Of a DNA stretch of 64,000 nucleotides, positions 12,967 through 25,089 are shown in pieces. Source of the DNA: Sphyrna mokarran. Taxonomy: Eukaryota. The notes under the pieces were generated by a model. It had not been told where the DNA came from, searched no databases, and saw only the letters and a list, made by a program, of their open reading frames with translations. A program made the translations under genes and the position numbers. Each line of letters starts with the position of its first letter. Position 1 is the stretch's first letter. Where the stretch lies: positions 34,658,001-34,722,000 of the forward strand of contig JAGIQG010000017.1 of assembly GCA_024679065.1 (NCBI GenBank), written 5' to 3'.

Positions 12967-14219
12967 ATATAATGTATTCAGGACTGTATCTTGGAACAAT
13001 ACGTTGTGGATACAACCAGAGAATAGGCTATTTTAGAACTGATAAAGTATAATGGGACAGGATTGATTAATAACCTCATAGTGAAAGATAGTCTACATAG
13101 GGAGTGATCATAATATGATAAAATTACTGATTCAGTTTGAGGGTGAGAAATGTGGGCCTGAAACTAGTGCCTTGAGCTCAAATAACATCAGTTACAAGAG
13201 CACAAAGATCGTTTATAGGTAAGATTGTAGACAAGCAGTGGCAGACATTTAAGGACATATTTCATAACTCTCAACAAAGATATATACTATTGACAAACTC
13301 CCTAAGAAGGATCTTCCATGGCTAATGAAAGACAAGGTTGGTACCAAATGAAAATAAAATATATAAAATGCTGCAAAGTAGGCTGAAGACTGGGAAAATG
13401 TTTGAAACCAGCAAATGATTCCTCAAAAAAGAAGAGAAATTGGAATCTGAGAGAAAACTAGCAAGAAATATAAAAACAGTCAGTAAAATCTTCTTTAGGC
13501 GTACATATATAAAAAAAAGTAGATAAAGCAAGAGTCGATCCCTTGGAGGATGAGACTGGGGAATTAATAATGCAAAAGGGCAGAGTTTTAAACAAGTATT
13601 TTGTAACTGTTCCACAGTAAAAGACACATAAAGCATGATAAGAATAGAAGGAAGATAGGGGCAAAGGGAGGAGAGGAACAATGATTACTGAAGGAACAAG
13701 TAATTGGAAAAGTAATGGGACTAAAGGCTGAGAAGTCAACTGTATCCTATGGTCTTAAAAGAAGTGGCGACAGAGATAGTAGATGTACTGTCTACTATCT
13801 CTTCCAAATAATCTTCCAAATTTCTCAAATTGTAAAAAGGTCCTAGCTGTTTGGAACCCCCAAATGTAACACCACTATTCAAGAAAAGAGGGAGACAGAG
13901 AGCAGAAAACTATGGACCAGCTAGTCTAACACCTGTTACTGGGGAAATGCTATAATTTATTATTAAGAAGGTAAAAGCAGAATATTTAGAAAATCAGAAT
14001 ACAAACAGCAAAATAAATATGATTTTGTGAAAGGAAAGTCATGCTTGATAAATTTATTAGAGTTCTTTGAGTATGTAAGAAGCAGGCTGGCTACAGAAGA
14101 ACCAGTAAGTGTATTTAAATTTCCGAAAGACATTTGAGAAAAGTGCTATGTAAAAGATAACTGCACAAATTAAGAGTTCATGGTTTTGGGGATATATTAG
14201 CTGGGATACAGGAATGGTT

Positions 14220-14987
14220 AGGAGGTTGTGGCGCAGTGGGATGTGTTCCTGTCTCAAGCTTCAGTCCCAACCCAGGGTGGTGGTGGTGTAGCGGTACTGT
14301 CGCTGCACTAATAATCCAGGGACGCAGGGTAATGCTCTGGGGATCTAGGTTCAAATCCCACCATAGCTGATGGTGAAATTTGAATTCATTCAAAAAATCT
14401 AGACTTAAAAGTGTATGAAACCATTGATGATTGTCGCAAAAAAAAAACACCTAGTTCAGTAATATCCTTTAAGGATATTTGCCATCCTTACCTGATTTAG
14501 CATACATATAACTCCAAATCCAGAGCAATGTGATTAACTTTTAAATGCCCTCAAGGATGGGCAATAAATGCTGGCCTAGCTTATGACACCCACATCCCAT
14601 TACGGAATTAAAAAAAGGACTTGTTGACTGAGGAGGATGCATTCATAATCGACCAAAAAGGAGGCAAGTTGTGAATACATTTACACCAATGGCAAATGGT
14701 AAAAGGGAGACAAATTTCCTTTAATGGAAAGAACTTGAAGACTTTACCATCATTATCCATAGCTCTATGCTACAATATGCATACAATATGTTGCCACAGC
14801 CCTGGACGAGTCTATTGGCTCAGTTGCTGGACGGCTGATGTGGATTGGATTGCTATCGACAGCACTGGGTCTAATCCCTGTTCTGTTTGGGGTGGATTCT
14901 GAACCTGTCCCCTCACCCTACCTTGGAGGAGGTTGAGTCATTGTGGGCTAGAGCGGCCTTTGAGCAGAGATCTCAGGAAGAGAACTG
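14220..14987 (+). mobile_element. Composite (two-headed) SINE inserted in CR1, itself interrupted by a family-B SINE
   Basis: Head 14220-14275 (gtggcgcagtggg..ttcagtccc) resumes at ~14617. A second A/B-box pair lies at 14816-14880. TSD-like gaatggtta / gaactgggta flanks. Confidence 0.6.
14276..14615 (+). mobile_element. tRNA-derived SINE family B, full length
   Basis: tggtgtagcgg A box, ggttcaaatccc B box, tail ggatgggcaataaatgctggcc...cacatcccat plus A-run. Confidence 0.9.
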
Positions 14988-17900
14988 GGTAACTAATGGA
15001 AAGAGAGAGTCAGGATAAATGGGTCATTATCGAATTTGCAAACTAAATTAATGGGATGCCACAGAAATCAGTGCAAAATTTCTGATTTACGTTCATGACT
15101 TGGATGAAGGGACTAACTACACCGTAGCTAAATTTGCTGGTGATACAACGATAGGTAGGAGGACAGGTTTTGAGAAGGATACAGAGGGACTGCAAAGAGA
15201 CATGGTATAGTTTAGTGAGTAGATTTCAATTTGGCAGATGGTATATTTTGGCAGTAAGAATAGAAAAGCAGAGTATTATTTAAATGGAGATGTACTATAG
15301 AAAGCTGAGGTTTAGAAGGATCTGGTTACTCATGCATGACCTTGTGCAGGGATCGCATACATGAATCAAAAAATGTTAGCATTCTGGAAAAACTAAGTAA
15401 TTAGAAAGGCAAATAGAATGCAGATCCTTTATTACAAGGGGCATAAAAGTAGAAAAATCTTGCTTCAACTGAACACGACATTGGTGAGACCACAACTAGA
15501 GCACTGAGAATTGTTTTGGTTGCCTTATTTAAGGAGGATATCCTTGCGTTCGAAACAGTTGGCAGGGAAAGTTTACTGGCTGATACCTGAGATGAAGGGA
15601 TTGGCATAAGATGATAGTTGGAACTGGTTGAACACATACGTACCGGAGTTTAAAAGAATGAGAGGTGATCTTATTAAAACATACAAGATTCCAAAGGGCC
15701 TTTGTAGGGTCGATGCTGAAAGGACAGTTTCCCTCATGGGATCATTTTGAATGAGGAGATTGAAAACAAGGGATCTGCCATTCAAAATGGAGACAAGGAA
15801 GAATTTCTTCACTCCAAGGATCGTTAATTGTTGGAATTCTCTTCTAGGTCACTGAGTATATTCGAGGTTGTGTTAGACAAATTTCCGATTGACATGGGAG
15901 CTAACCAGACAGGCAAGAATGTGGAGCTAAGGCCACAATCTGATCAGTCATGATCTTCTTTAATGGTGGTACGAGTGTGATGGGCCAAATGACTGATTTC
16001 TGCTCCAATTTCTTAGCATCCTATGAGGTTCTGGGAAGGAGGTATGTCTATGAGAGCAGAAGAGGCAGTCCAGAAAAACAGCCAAAAGGCACTGCGAGCA
16101 GAGATCCATACACATCAATGTGACGATTCAAGCCCTGAGCAGCTGGATACAGTATCACGATATTTTTGATGACCTTAAGAACAATCAGCAAATGCATCTT
16201 AAAATGTCATATTCTACCAACAGCATTACATTGCTTGGAAATTGCTGTAAACATTATATTCCCACCCCTCATTTATCAATAATTCTGTCCCTCGGCACTC
16301 ATACTTAACACTAAGATTCTTCACTTCATCCTTCAACACTTAATACTTAACACTTCAGCAAGGCTCATGCCCTTCTAGTTCACACATCCTGCCATCTATC
16401 CATCCAGGATGGCTAAATCCTCTAAACAGACTGCATCACACTCAATGGCACAATTACCTCTCTTTTGCAGGGTAAGGTAGCACACTACTAGTGAGCGCAG
16501 GATGACAAGTATGTCTGTATTTCCTAACCCCTTTGAAGAAGATAGTGTTAGACGTTATTGGCACTTCTATTCTTGAGATTGTGCCCAGTGACTAGACTGA
16601 AGGTGTCACTATCCTCAATCTAATTCTTCTCCTCATATCACACCTCCCACACACTTCAGACTCTCTTTTGATTTACCAGCTGCAGATGGTATAAACATGC
16701 ATCTTTTACATTCCCCTCACTCCTCATGACCACAACCCTATGCTTGGCTTTTCTCCCATCAAATACAGAAAATGTGCAAGCTAGTCAGACAGTGGAGAAA
16801 AACCAAGAAGACAGTAATGATGAAAAGGCATCCTCATTAGATTTCACACTCACAGCCACCAACTCAAATACTTCTCTTAAAGGATGGATTAGATGTGAAG
16901 ACTCCCTGTGGTTAAGACATTGGACACAATTGGACTGCCCCAAGTGCAGGTGACAAGGTTGCAGAGGACTTTGATGGAGAGGCCTACAGAAAAATGCATT
17001 GGCTACCCACAGTGAAATACCTGGTGCTTTGGGAAGTCTGATCAAAAGTCTGCTGACAACATCAAGAAGCATGGAGGGGTAAACACCAATTTGGCACAGG
17101 GTTTATGCCGAATTGGAACCCATCCTCTGTGGTGGTGGCTAACTCCATTAGCACAATTGCGGAGACAACCATGGCACAGGGTCTGATAGCTAATGTTGCA
17201 ACTTTCATTGCAACATAAGCAACAGCCACCCGATGTCCGACTGTTGCAATGAAAGTTCAGATTGAGATCATACCAGCTGAGATCGTTGGTATTGTAGTTG
17301 TAAATGATAGTGTGCATTGAGGATTACAGAATGTCACAGCAGTTCTGTAATCTGTCCTCCAGCAGATAACTGGGATTACTGAGGTCCAGCCTTGGGAAAG
17401 CAGCGGTGCCTCTGTGGAATGCAAACTTACTGTCCTCTTTCAGGAATGCAGCATACATCCTCCCGCCACCACCATTCCACTTGCACCCTTAGTGTTGCTC
17501 GATAACCAGACCTGACTGATGCCACCCATGTAAAGAAGTTGCAGCTTGCTGCTGGGTCTCTCTAACACAGCGCTGCCTCTGGTTTTTTTCCAAGACCACC
17601 TGCATCCTCCTTCACTGAAAGTCAGCAACCATGCTGCAATCATGAGGAAAATATTGGTTAGAAGCGAAGCACACAGCTAGAGACATTAAGGGAAGGCTCA
17701 AAGCTGATTAGTTGACTTCTGTATGAAATGTGGTATTATTTCAATCCTAAATTTTATTTAGAATGTTTATTTTTGTTCACTTTTATTTATGAACTATGGC
17801 CCAGTGGGTATGTGATGGTCAGTGATGGGGGGAAAGTTATGGGGTTATTAGTGAAAGGAGAATTGGATTGTATTTACTGGAATTGCAGTCAGGGAATTGG

Positions 17901-18394
17901 GGTTGCGACTGATGCACCATGTCTGCAATACTATCAAAGCTTCACGCTCACTCTACCTTGCTTCTATTTGAAGAAAGAATGAATGAATGTTAGCTCTCTT
18001 TGAATTGAGGATGTCCTTTAAACTACAATATATGGCAAACTGTAAGATATTTCAAATATCCCCAGTTCCAGTCCAAAGGAACTAATACACAAAACATGCA
18101 GACTGTTCATCAATACTAGACCATAGCACTCTGGGGATGGTTGAAACTAGCTGAGATAGGGATCTCGGCCCGTCAGCTGGCAGCACTAGCAGTCCTGGCA
18201 GTGCCAGAGCTCAACAGTGGACACTACCAACACTTCAGGAAGGAACATGAAGGAGAATGGTGGCTGCTATAGAAAGGTAAATGCCCTACTGAGGATGAAC
18301 AGGGACCCAAGCACCCAGGGCAAGGGAACTGGGGAGCAAGGTTTTGGATGGCAGGTGGTGGGAAAGGAAGGGGTCAGGTTAATATCTTGGAAGT

Positions 18395-18845
18395 TGTACT
18401 CGTTAGCCTGTACTTGCAGGCCTGTACTCGTTAGAGTTTAGAAGGCTGAGGGGAGACCTTATTGAGACATATAAGATAATGAAGGGGCTAGGTAGGGTAG
18501 GGGTAGAGAGATTCTTTCCCCTTAGAAAGGGAAACAGAACTAGAGGACACAGTCTCAAAATAAGGGGGAGGATACTTTCAAAAGGAGTTGAGGAGGAACT
18601 TCTTCACTCAAAGGCTGGTGAATCTCTGCAATTCTTTACCCATTGAAGTGGCGGAGGCTACCTCATTGAATATATTTAAGGCACGGGTAGAGAGATTTCT
18701 GATAGACAAGGGAATTAAGAGTTATGGGGAGAAAGCGAGACAGTGGAACTGATCCACTTCAGATCAGCCATGATCTTATTGAATGGCGGGACAGGCTCGA
18801 AGGGCTAGATGGCCTCGTCCTGCTCCTATTTCTTATATTCTTATG
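18395..18845 (+). mobile_element. 5'-truncated CR1, same subfamily as 25090-26378
   Basis: gagtttagaaggctgagggg...gggctagatggcct..tcctgctcctatttcttat, nearly colinear with 25975-26375. Confidence 0.9.
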
Positions 18846-19269
18846 GGTGCTCCCCAATGCACACAGAAAAACCCACAAATGCGATGCACCTCTTCCTTTC
18901 CACCATATTTCATTTTGGCTGCAAAGAATCGCCCACCCACTCTTAACTGCTTGGTCACGCAATTGTATTATAGCACGGACAGCATATTATACCAGTCAAT
19001 AATCCTGTTAAGAAACCTAATTGACCTTTAATTATTCATTTAAATATGGCAGGCGAGCTGCCAATTTCAGCACCTGCCCCACCGAGCATATCATGGGGGT
19101 CAGCTCAGAGGTGGGCAGGAAGCTGGTGAGTTAGCCACCCAATAATATTTTATGTGCCCCCTCCCCACACAATTGTTGAAATCATGCTTGGCTGGGGAAT
19201 GGTAGGGGCATAAAATCCAGTCCCATGTCTGGGAGCAACTGACCGTACAGGGACCCTTTAAGTCAGCAA

Positions 19270-19850
19270 GGATTTTGGAGCAGGAATAGACCATTTGAAC
19301 CCTCAAACATTCTCTGGACTGTTCTTAATGCAATTATAATTGTTTTCAAATCAAGAGACCAAATCTCTGCACAATGCTCCTGATGTGATCTCACCAAGGC
19401 CTTGTTCAGTTGCTTTTACGTTCAATTCTTCTTACAATAAACAACAACATTCCATTTACCTTCCTGATCACTTGTTGTGTCACATACTAACTTTTTGTGA
19501 TTCACGTACCAGGACACCTGGACTTTTCTGGACCACAGTATTCTGTAAACTCCCCCTGTTAAATAGTATACTGTTCTTCTGTTCTTCCTGCCAAGTGGAC
19601 AAGTTTACATTTTGTCATTTTAAATTCCATCTGCCAAATGTTTGCCGACTCACTTTAATCTATCTATATCCCTTTGCAGACTCTTTACCTCCTCTTGACA
19701 ACTTATTTTCCTATCTACCTTGGTATAATCTTTAAATTTAGCTACAATTCAATCTTCTTATCCAAGTTGTTGATATAGATTGTAAATAGTTGCGTCCCCA
19801 AATCCGATTCCAATGGCACTCCACTCATTATAGCTTGCCAACCCTTGTTC
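19270..19850 (-). mobile_element. CR1 fragments (3' tail and RT)
   Basis: ggagcaggaatagaccatttgaaccc, and attccatctgccaaatgtttgcc (reverse complement encodes WQME). Confidence 0.8.
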
Positions 19851-21505
19851 CCTTTTTATTCATTCAAGAGATGTGGGTTTTATTGGCTAGGCCAGCATTT
19901 ATTGCCCATCCCTAACTGCATTTGAGAAGATGGTGGTGAGTTGCCTTCTTGAACCACTACAGTCCATGTCATGCAGATATACCACCCACAGTGCTGTGAG
20001 AGAGAGAGTTCCAGGATTTGGGCCCAATAACAGTAAAGGAATAATATTCCCAAGTTAGGAAGGTGACTGGCTTGAAGAGGAACTTCCAGATGGTGGTGTC
20101 TCCTTGCTGCCCTTTTGGATAACAGTGGTCACGGGTTTGGAAGATGCTGCCTAAGGAGCCTCAGTGATTTCCTGCAGTGCATCTTGTAGATGGTACTCAT
20201 TGCTACTATTGTGTGTTGGTGGTGGATGTTGAACATTTGTGGGTGAGGTACCAATTAAGTGGGCTTCTTTGTCTTGGATGGTGTCACTCACACACCTGAC
20301 TTCTTGTGCCTTGTAAATGTGGACAGGCTTTGGGGAGTCAGGAGGTGAGTTACTCATTGCAAGATTCCTAGCCTCCAACCTGCCCTTGTAACCACAATAT
20401 TTACTTTGCTAATCCAGTTAAGTTTCTGGTCAATGATAACTTGCAGGATGGCAATCGTGAAGGATTCAGTAATGCTAATGCAATTGAATTGCAATGGTTA
20501 GATTATATTTTGTTGGAGTTGGTCATTGTCTGGCAATTATGTGCCACTTCTCAGCCCAAGACTGAATATTCTCTAGGTTTTGCTGCATTTGGACATGGAA
20601 CATCAGTATCTAAAGTGTCACGAATGGTGATAACTGTGCAATCATCAGCAAACATCCCCATTTCTGACTTTCTGATGAAAGGAAGTCATTGATGAAGCAG
20701 GTGGAGATGCTTGGACCTAAAGATCCCCTGGCTTGGTGATAATGGTATAATGAGTGCTGTGCCAGGCCTTGAGATTTCAAGTTGTGGTTGTATACAATTC
20801 TGCTGCTGATGGTTCACAGCACCTCATGGATGCCCAGTCTTAAGTTGTTAGAAGTGTTCAAAACTTATCCCATTTGGCACAGTGTTAGGGCCACACAACA
20901 TGATGTAGGGCATCTGAATGTGAAGACATGACTTCGCCTCCAGAAGCACTGTGAAGCAATCACTGCTACTGATACTATCATGGAAAGATGCCTCTGCAGT
21001 AGGGCAGGTTGGTGAGGATGAGGTCAAGTGTGTTTTTCCTTCTTATTAGTTCTCTCAACAGCTGCTAGACCCTGTCTAGCAGCTATGTCCTTTAGGACGC
21101 AACCAGCTCATGATGCTACTGAGCCAGTATTGGTGATAGATGTTGAGTGCGTGACCCTCAACTTCCTCCAAGCTGTGTTCAACATGGAGGAATACTGACT
21201 CATCAGCACAGAAGGCTTGGTAGGTGGTAATCAGCAAGAGGTTTCCTTGCCCATGTTTGACCTGATGTCATGAGACTTCATGGAGTCTGGGGTCAACGCT
21301 GAGGACAACTCCATCCAGACTGTATACCAATGTACCACCATCCCTGGTGGGTCTTTCCTGCCAATGAGACAGGACATATCCATGGGTAGTGATGGTGATG
21401 CCAAAGACATTATCTGCAAGATAATGTCGGTCCTTTGAGACTTACTGGCAGTTTTATACAACTGGATGGCCTGCTTGGCTATTTCAGAGGTCAGCAAAGA
21501 GTAAA
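19850..21505 (-). mobile_element. Internally deleted CR1-clade LINE whose 3' tail is shared with SINE family B
   Basis: Begins ttcattcaagagatgtggg..ggccagcatttattgcccatccc (reverse complement of the family-B tail). tgtgcaatcatcagcaaacat (reverse complement MFADDCT) at ~20635-20660. Endonuclease remnants towards 21400. Confidence 0.8.
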
Positions 21506-21509
21506 CACA

Positions 21510-21770
21510 TAGCTGAGGATCTGGAATCACATAAAGGTCAAACTGGGTAAGGATGGCAGATCTTTTCCTAAAAGGCATTAATGAAACAGATGAATTTTCA
21601 TAATAATTAACAATGGTTTAATGTTATCATTAGACTTTCAACTCTAAATGTGTTATTAAATTCAAATTCCTTCACCTGGCATGGTGGGATTTGAATTTGA
21701 GTCCCCTGGCATCTGGGTCTCTGGATTATTAGTCCAGTAGCAATGCTGCTTAACAACTACCTCTCCACCT
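21510..21770 (-). mobile_element. SINE family B
   Basis: ctggaatcacataaaggtcaaactgggtaaggatggcagat...gtgggatttgaatt...ctggattattagtccagt. Confidence 0.85.
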
Positions 21771-22119
21771 CCAACCAATCCTCTATCCTGCAATGCCTAT
21801 TAGGCTTTTGCAAGCGAGACAGCTAGACAAAGTTCCAAACATTTGCAGAACCTTAGTAACAGCTGGAAGAAAGCAATAGCAACTAACTTTGTCATTGATG
21901 CTCTTTATGAATAGTCCTATTTGATGGGTCTATCCTGTTATTGAAAGTGTGAGGTTAAGAGAAATCATGGTGGAAGCCTTGTGCTTCAAAATAACATTGT
22001 TGGTATCAAATGAGTGTTGTGTCAGTACTCACCTATACACCTTGGACCTTCCATCCATCACAACATTTTCGCAACCACTCATTTACTGAATCATATCCTC
22101 ACCTCTATTTTTGAATAGG

Positions 22120-22240
22120 GGAGAATTAAGGGATATGGTCTGAATAAGAGCAGGAGGTTTTTTTTTAAGTTAGAGCTTCATGATCAGCACGGGCTTGGAT
22201 GGCCAAACGGTCTGTTCCTGTGCTGTATTTTTCTTCAGTC
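22120..22240 (+). mobile_element. CR1 3' tail
   Basis: gaattaagggatatgg...ggcttggatggccaaacggtctgttcctgtgctgt. Confidence 0.75.
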
Positions 22241-22479
22241 TTTGTTTTTGTTGATTTCCAATTCCACAGGACAATTATTACTCTTCTCTCACACTAGATA
22301 CACACTCTTCTCTCACGCTTCCTTTCTCTATCGCAAACCACCCTGTAAATCCTTCTCCTCTGTATCCTCCAGCCTCATTTCTAACAATAAACAGGAGAAC
22401 CTCATGGACTTATTTTTTCATCTAGATCAAGACAATCCAATCAGTGACCTCTGCCTCATCCCTTATTCTCAATAATCCA

Positions 22480-24693
22480 GAATACCTTTAATGCTGAACT
22501 CACCCTGAACTTGCATCTTTACTGCTGATCATCCAACTTCCCCCAGCCCGACCCCTTTGTAAATAGTTCTTGCTATTCTGGTATCATCCCTCTTTCCTTT
22601 AAATTTACCAATAACATCCCTGCTCCAAAAACCAATCCTTGACTCTCACAATCCATTACAAGCTACCATCCAGCTTTTCTGAAGTTCCAGTAGCAATTAA
22701 AATGAGACAGGGGTCTTTTCTCTCCAAACTCCTCAAATGTGTTGTTGCTTTCCAAATCCATTCCATCTTTTCCAGAAATCCACGTTCGAATCCCCAGTTA
22801 GAACAAACAACAGTACAGCACAGGAACAAATCCTTTGGCCCTCTAAGCCCGTGCCAATCATGATGCCCTCACTAAATTACTAATAAAAACCTGCTGCCCT
22901 TACTGGGAACATATCCCTTTATTCTCTTCCTATTCATATGCCCATTCAGATGCTTCTTAAATTTTGCCAAAGTACCTGCTTCCACTACCTCCTTTGGCAA
23001 TGCATTTCAGGTACCCACCACTCTCTTCATAAAAGACTGCCCCCACAAATCTCCCTTAAACTTTCCCCCTCACACCTTGAACCTGTGCCCCTTTGTAATT
23101 GACTTAGCTTTCCACCCATGCCATAGTACCAAAACACCTGGTAGCAAAGACACAAATGGCATCCTGTGTGTCTGTGACAAAGATGAGTTTTCCCTCTTAA
23201 TCTTTCTCCATCTGCCCGCAGTCTTTCACATGGTTGATCAGCCCATCATCCTCCAATAGCCTGCCAATGTTGTCCAGCTGGATGGGACTTCTGTTACCCA
23301 CCTGGTTCTGTTCTTTTCTAACAGTAACCAGAGTATCGGTTGTAATGGCTTTTCTTCCCACTCCCACACCATTCCTTTGGTATTCTCCATGGATCCATCC
23401 TTGACTTCCTCTTATTTCTCATCTGCATGCTGTTCCATGATAAAGTATTAGTTTTCACCTATATGCTAATGATACCCACTCTACTCCACCACCACCATCT
23501 TTCTCGACTTACTGTTGCTAAATCAGCAGAAACATCCAGTACTGGATAAGCAGAAATTTCCTCCAATTAAATATTGGGAGGACTCAAACAATTGTTTTCA
23601 CTCCCTACACATCAAACTTGATCCCCAAGCTCCAGACCACAGTTTGAGATGAAACCAATCTGTTTACAACCTTGGTATCATATTTGATCCCAAAATGAGC
23701 TTTAATCTGATATTCATGCCATCACCAAGACAGTCTTTTTCCACCTCTGTTACACTGCCTGACTTCATCCCTGTCTCATTTTAACTGCTACTGGAACTTC
23801 ATCCATGCCTGCAGACTCAATTCTTCAAATCACTCCTAGCTAGTCTTCCACACTCTACTGAGTAGGCAGAGCTGGATTGAAGGGCCAAACGACCTATTCC
23901 TGTTTCTATTTTCTGCATACAAGATCACCCAAATCCCTCTGGACCACAACAATCTGCTGTCTCTCCAATAATGTGGATGTTGATTGAGGGCAGGATCGAA
24001 TTCAACCTATGAAACTCTCCATGGTCAAACACCCTGGTGGCACTCACTGCTTTTTGATTCTTCTCACAAAGTGGATATTCCATCTGCCAAATCTTTTCCC
24101 ACTCATGTAACCTCTCCATATCCCTTTGCAGACTCTTTGTGTCCTTCTCACAATTTGCTTGTCTGCCTATATTTTTATCATTTACACATTTGGCTACAAT
24201 GCATTCAGCCACTTCAACCTGATAATTAATACAAATTGATCATCCAAAATTCTGTTAACTGTGTTTTAACCCACAGCATCCCATTCTCCTATCACCTCTA
24301 TGCTCGTTAACCTATGCTGGCTCCCAGTCAAGCAATACATTGATTTTAAAATTTTCATTCTTGTTTTCAATGGCCTCACTCCTTCCTTTTTCTATAACCT
24401 CCTGCAGCTACACAATCCTCTGAGATATTAACACTCATTTAACTCTCATTGCTCTACCATCAGTGACCAGACCTTCAGTTGCCAAGGGTCTAAGCTCTGA
24501 AACACTCCAGAGTACCTATCTCATTTTCCTCCTTTTAAGAAACTCTTTAAGACTTACCTTTTTGACCAAGCTTTTAGTCCTCTGACCTAATTCCCCTAAT
24601 GTAGCTCAATGTCTAATTTAGATATATAATGATTCTATGAATTGCTATGGGAAGTTTCATTGCATTAAAGATTCTATATAATTATTTGTTGTT
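22480..24693 (+). mobile_element. L2 LINE (RT to 3' end) with three CR1 fragments inserted (22798-23105 -, 23860-23920 +, 23920-24240 -)
   Basis: Pyrimidine-rich L2 ORF2 remnants (PLLQKPILD, FLSKLLKCVVAFQI, YANDT, NLGIIFDPKMSF) and an L2-type tail taaagattctatataattatttgttgttg. Confidence 0.85.
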
Positions 24694-24799
24694 GCATACT
24701 GACTAACTTCATAATCTTCCTGTTCTGCATACTGTCAGTTTTCATTCACTGCATCAGTATGGCACTCTAGTAGTGTGCTATGCACATTACTTTGGAGCA

Positions 24800-25085
24800 A
24801 TAAGAATACTTCCAGTCCCAAAAAATATGTTCTAGCGAGCTCAATTCCTCACACAGTATCTTGAAGTAAAGGGTAATGCTCTCATTCCTAATTGCTATCT
24901 GGCAAACCTTTCTGGAAAACGTGGATGTCGATTGAATCGAACTCAACCTATGGAACTCTCCATGGTCAAACATTCTGGTGACACTCACTCCTCCCATTGA
25001 TAAATAAGACTCAGCAACTTCAGTGAACAGTTAAATCCATTGATCTACTCTGAACAGGAATCTCTGTCTTCAGAGGAAGAGGGGA
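24800..25085 (+). mobile_element. Ancient SINE, AmnSINE2-like
   Basis: ttcctaattgctatctgg..ctggaaaacgtggatgtcg..ctccatggtcaa..gacactcact..cttcagaggaagagggg, colinear with the other copies. Confidence 0.5.
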
Positions 25086-25089
25086 AGCA

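Larger units (their letters stand above)
11090..16022 (+). mobile_element. Near full-length decayed CR1 LINE (ORF1 Zn-finger remnant, ORF2 endonuclease-RT, 3' tail)
   Basis: HICSKCLELEKLRFRVDELES at ~11525-11590. LYLNA endonuclease start at ~12295. NVTPLFKKRGRQRAENYGP at ~13865. GKSCLINLLEFFE at ~14035. AKFAGDT at ~15125. 3' stem gatgggccaaatgactgatttctgctcc. Many stops and frameshifts. Confidence 0.9.
10344..19224. mobile_element. Degenerate PIF/Harbinger-type DNA transposon hosting nested SINEs, CR1s and a MITE
   Basis: Ends ggtactggattata (10344) and taaaatccagtccc (19211-19224) form a 12/14 inverted repeat. Internal segments 10350-10630, 16022-18395 and 18845-19224 resemble shark Harbinger Myb-gene/transposase remnants (from memory). 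TSD not clear. Confidence 0.55.

Noticed and set aside
16455-16480. cttttgcag-g-gtaag as a recursive splice site
   Set aside because: Lies inside the decayed Harbinger remnant, and AG and GT are not directly adjacent.
18965-18990. REST/RE1-like cacggacagc
   Set aside because: Only a right half-site, inside a transposon.
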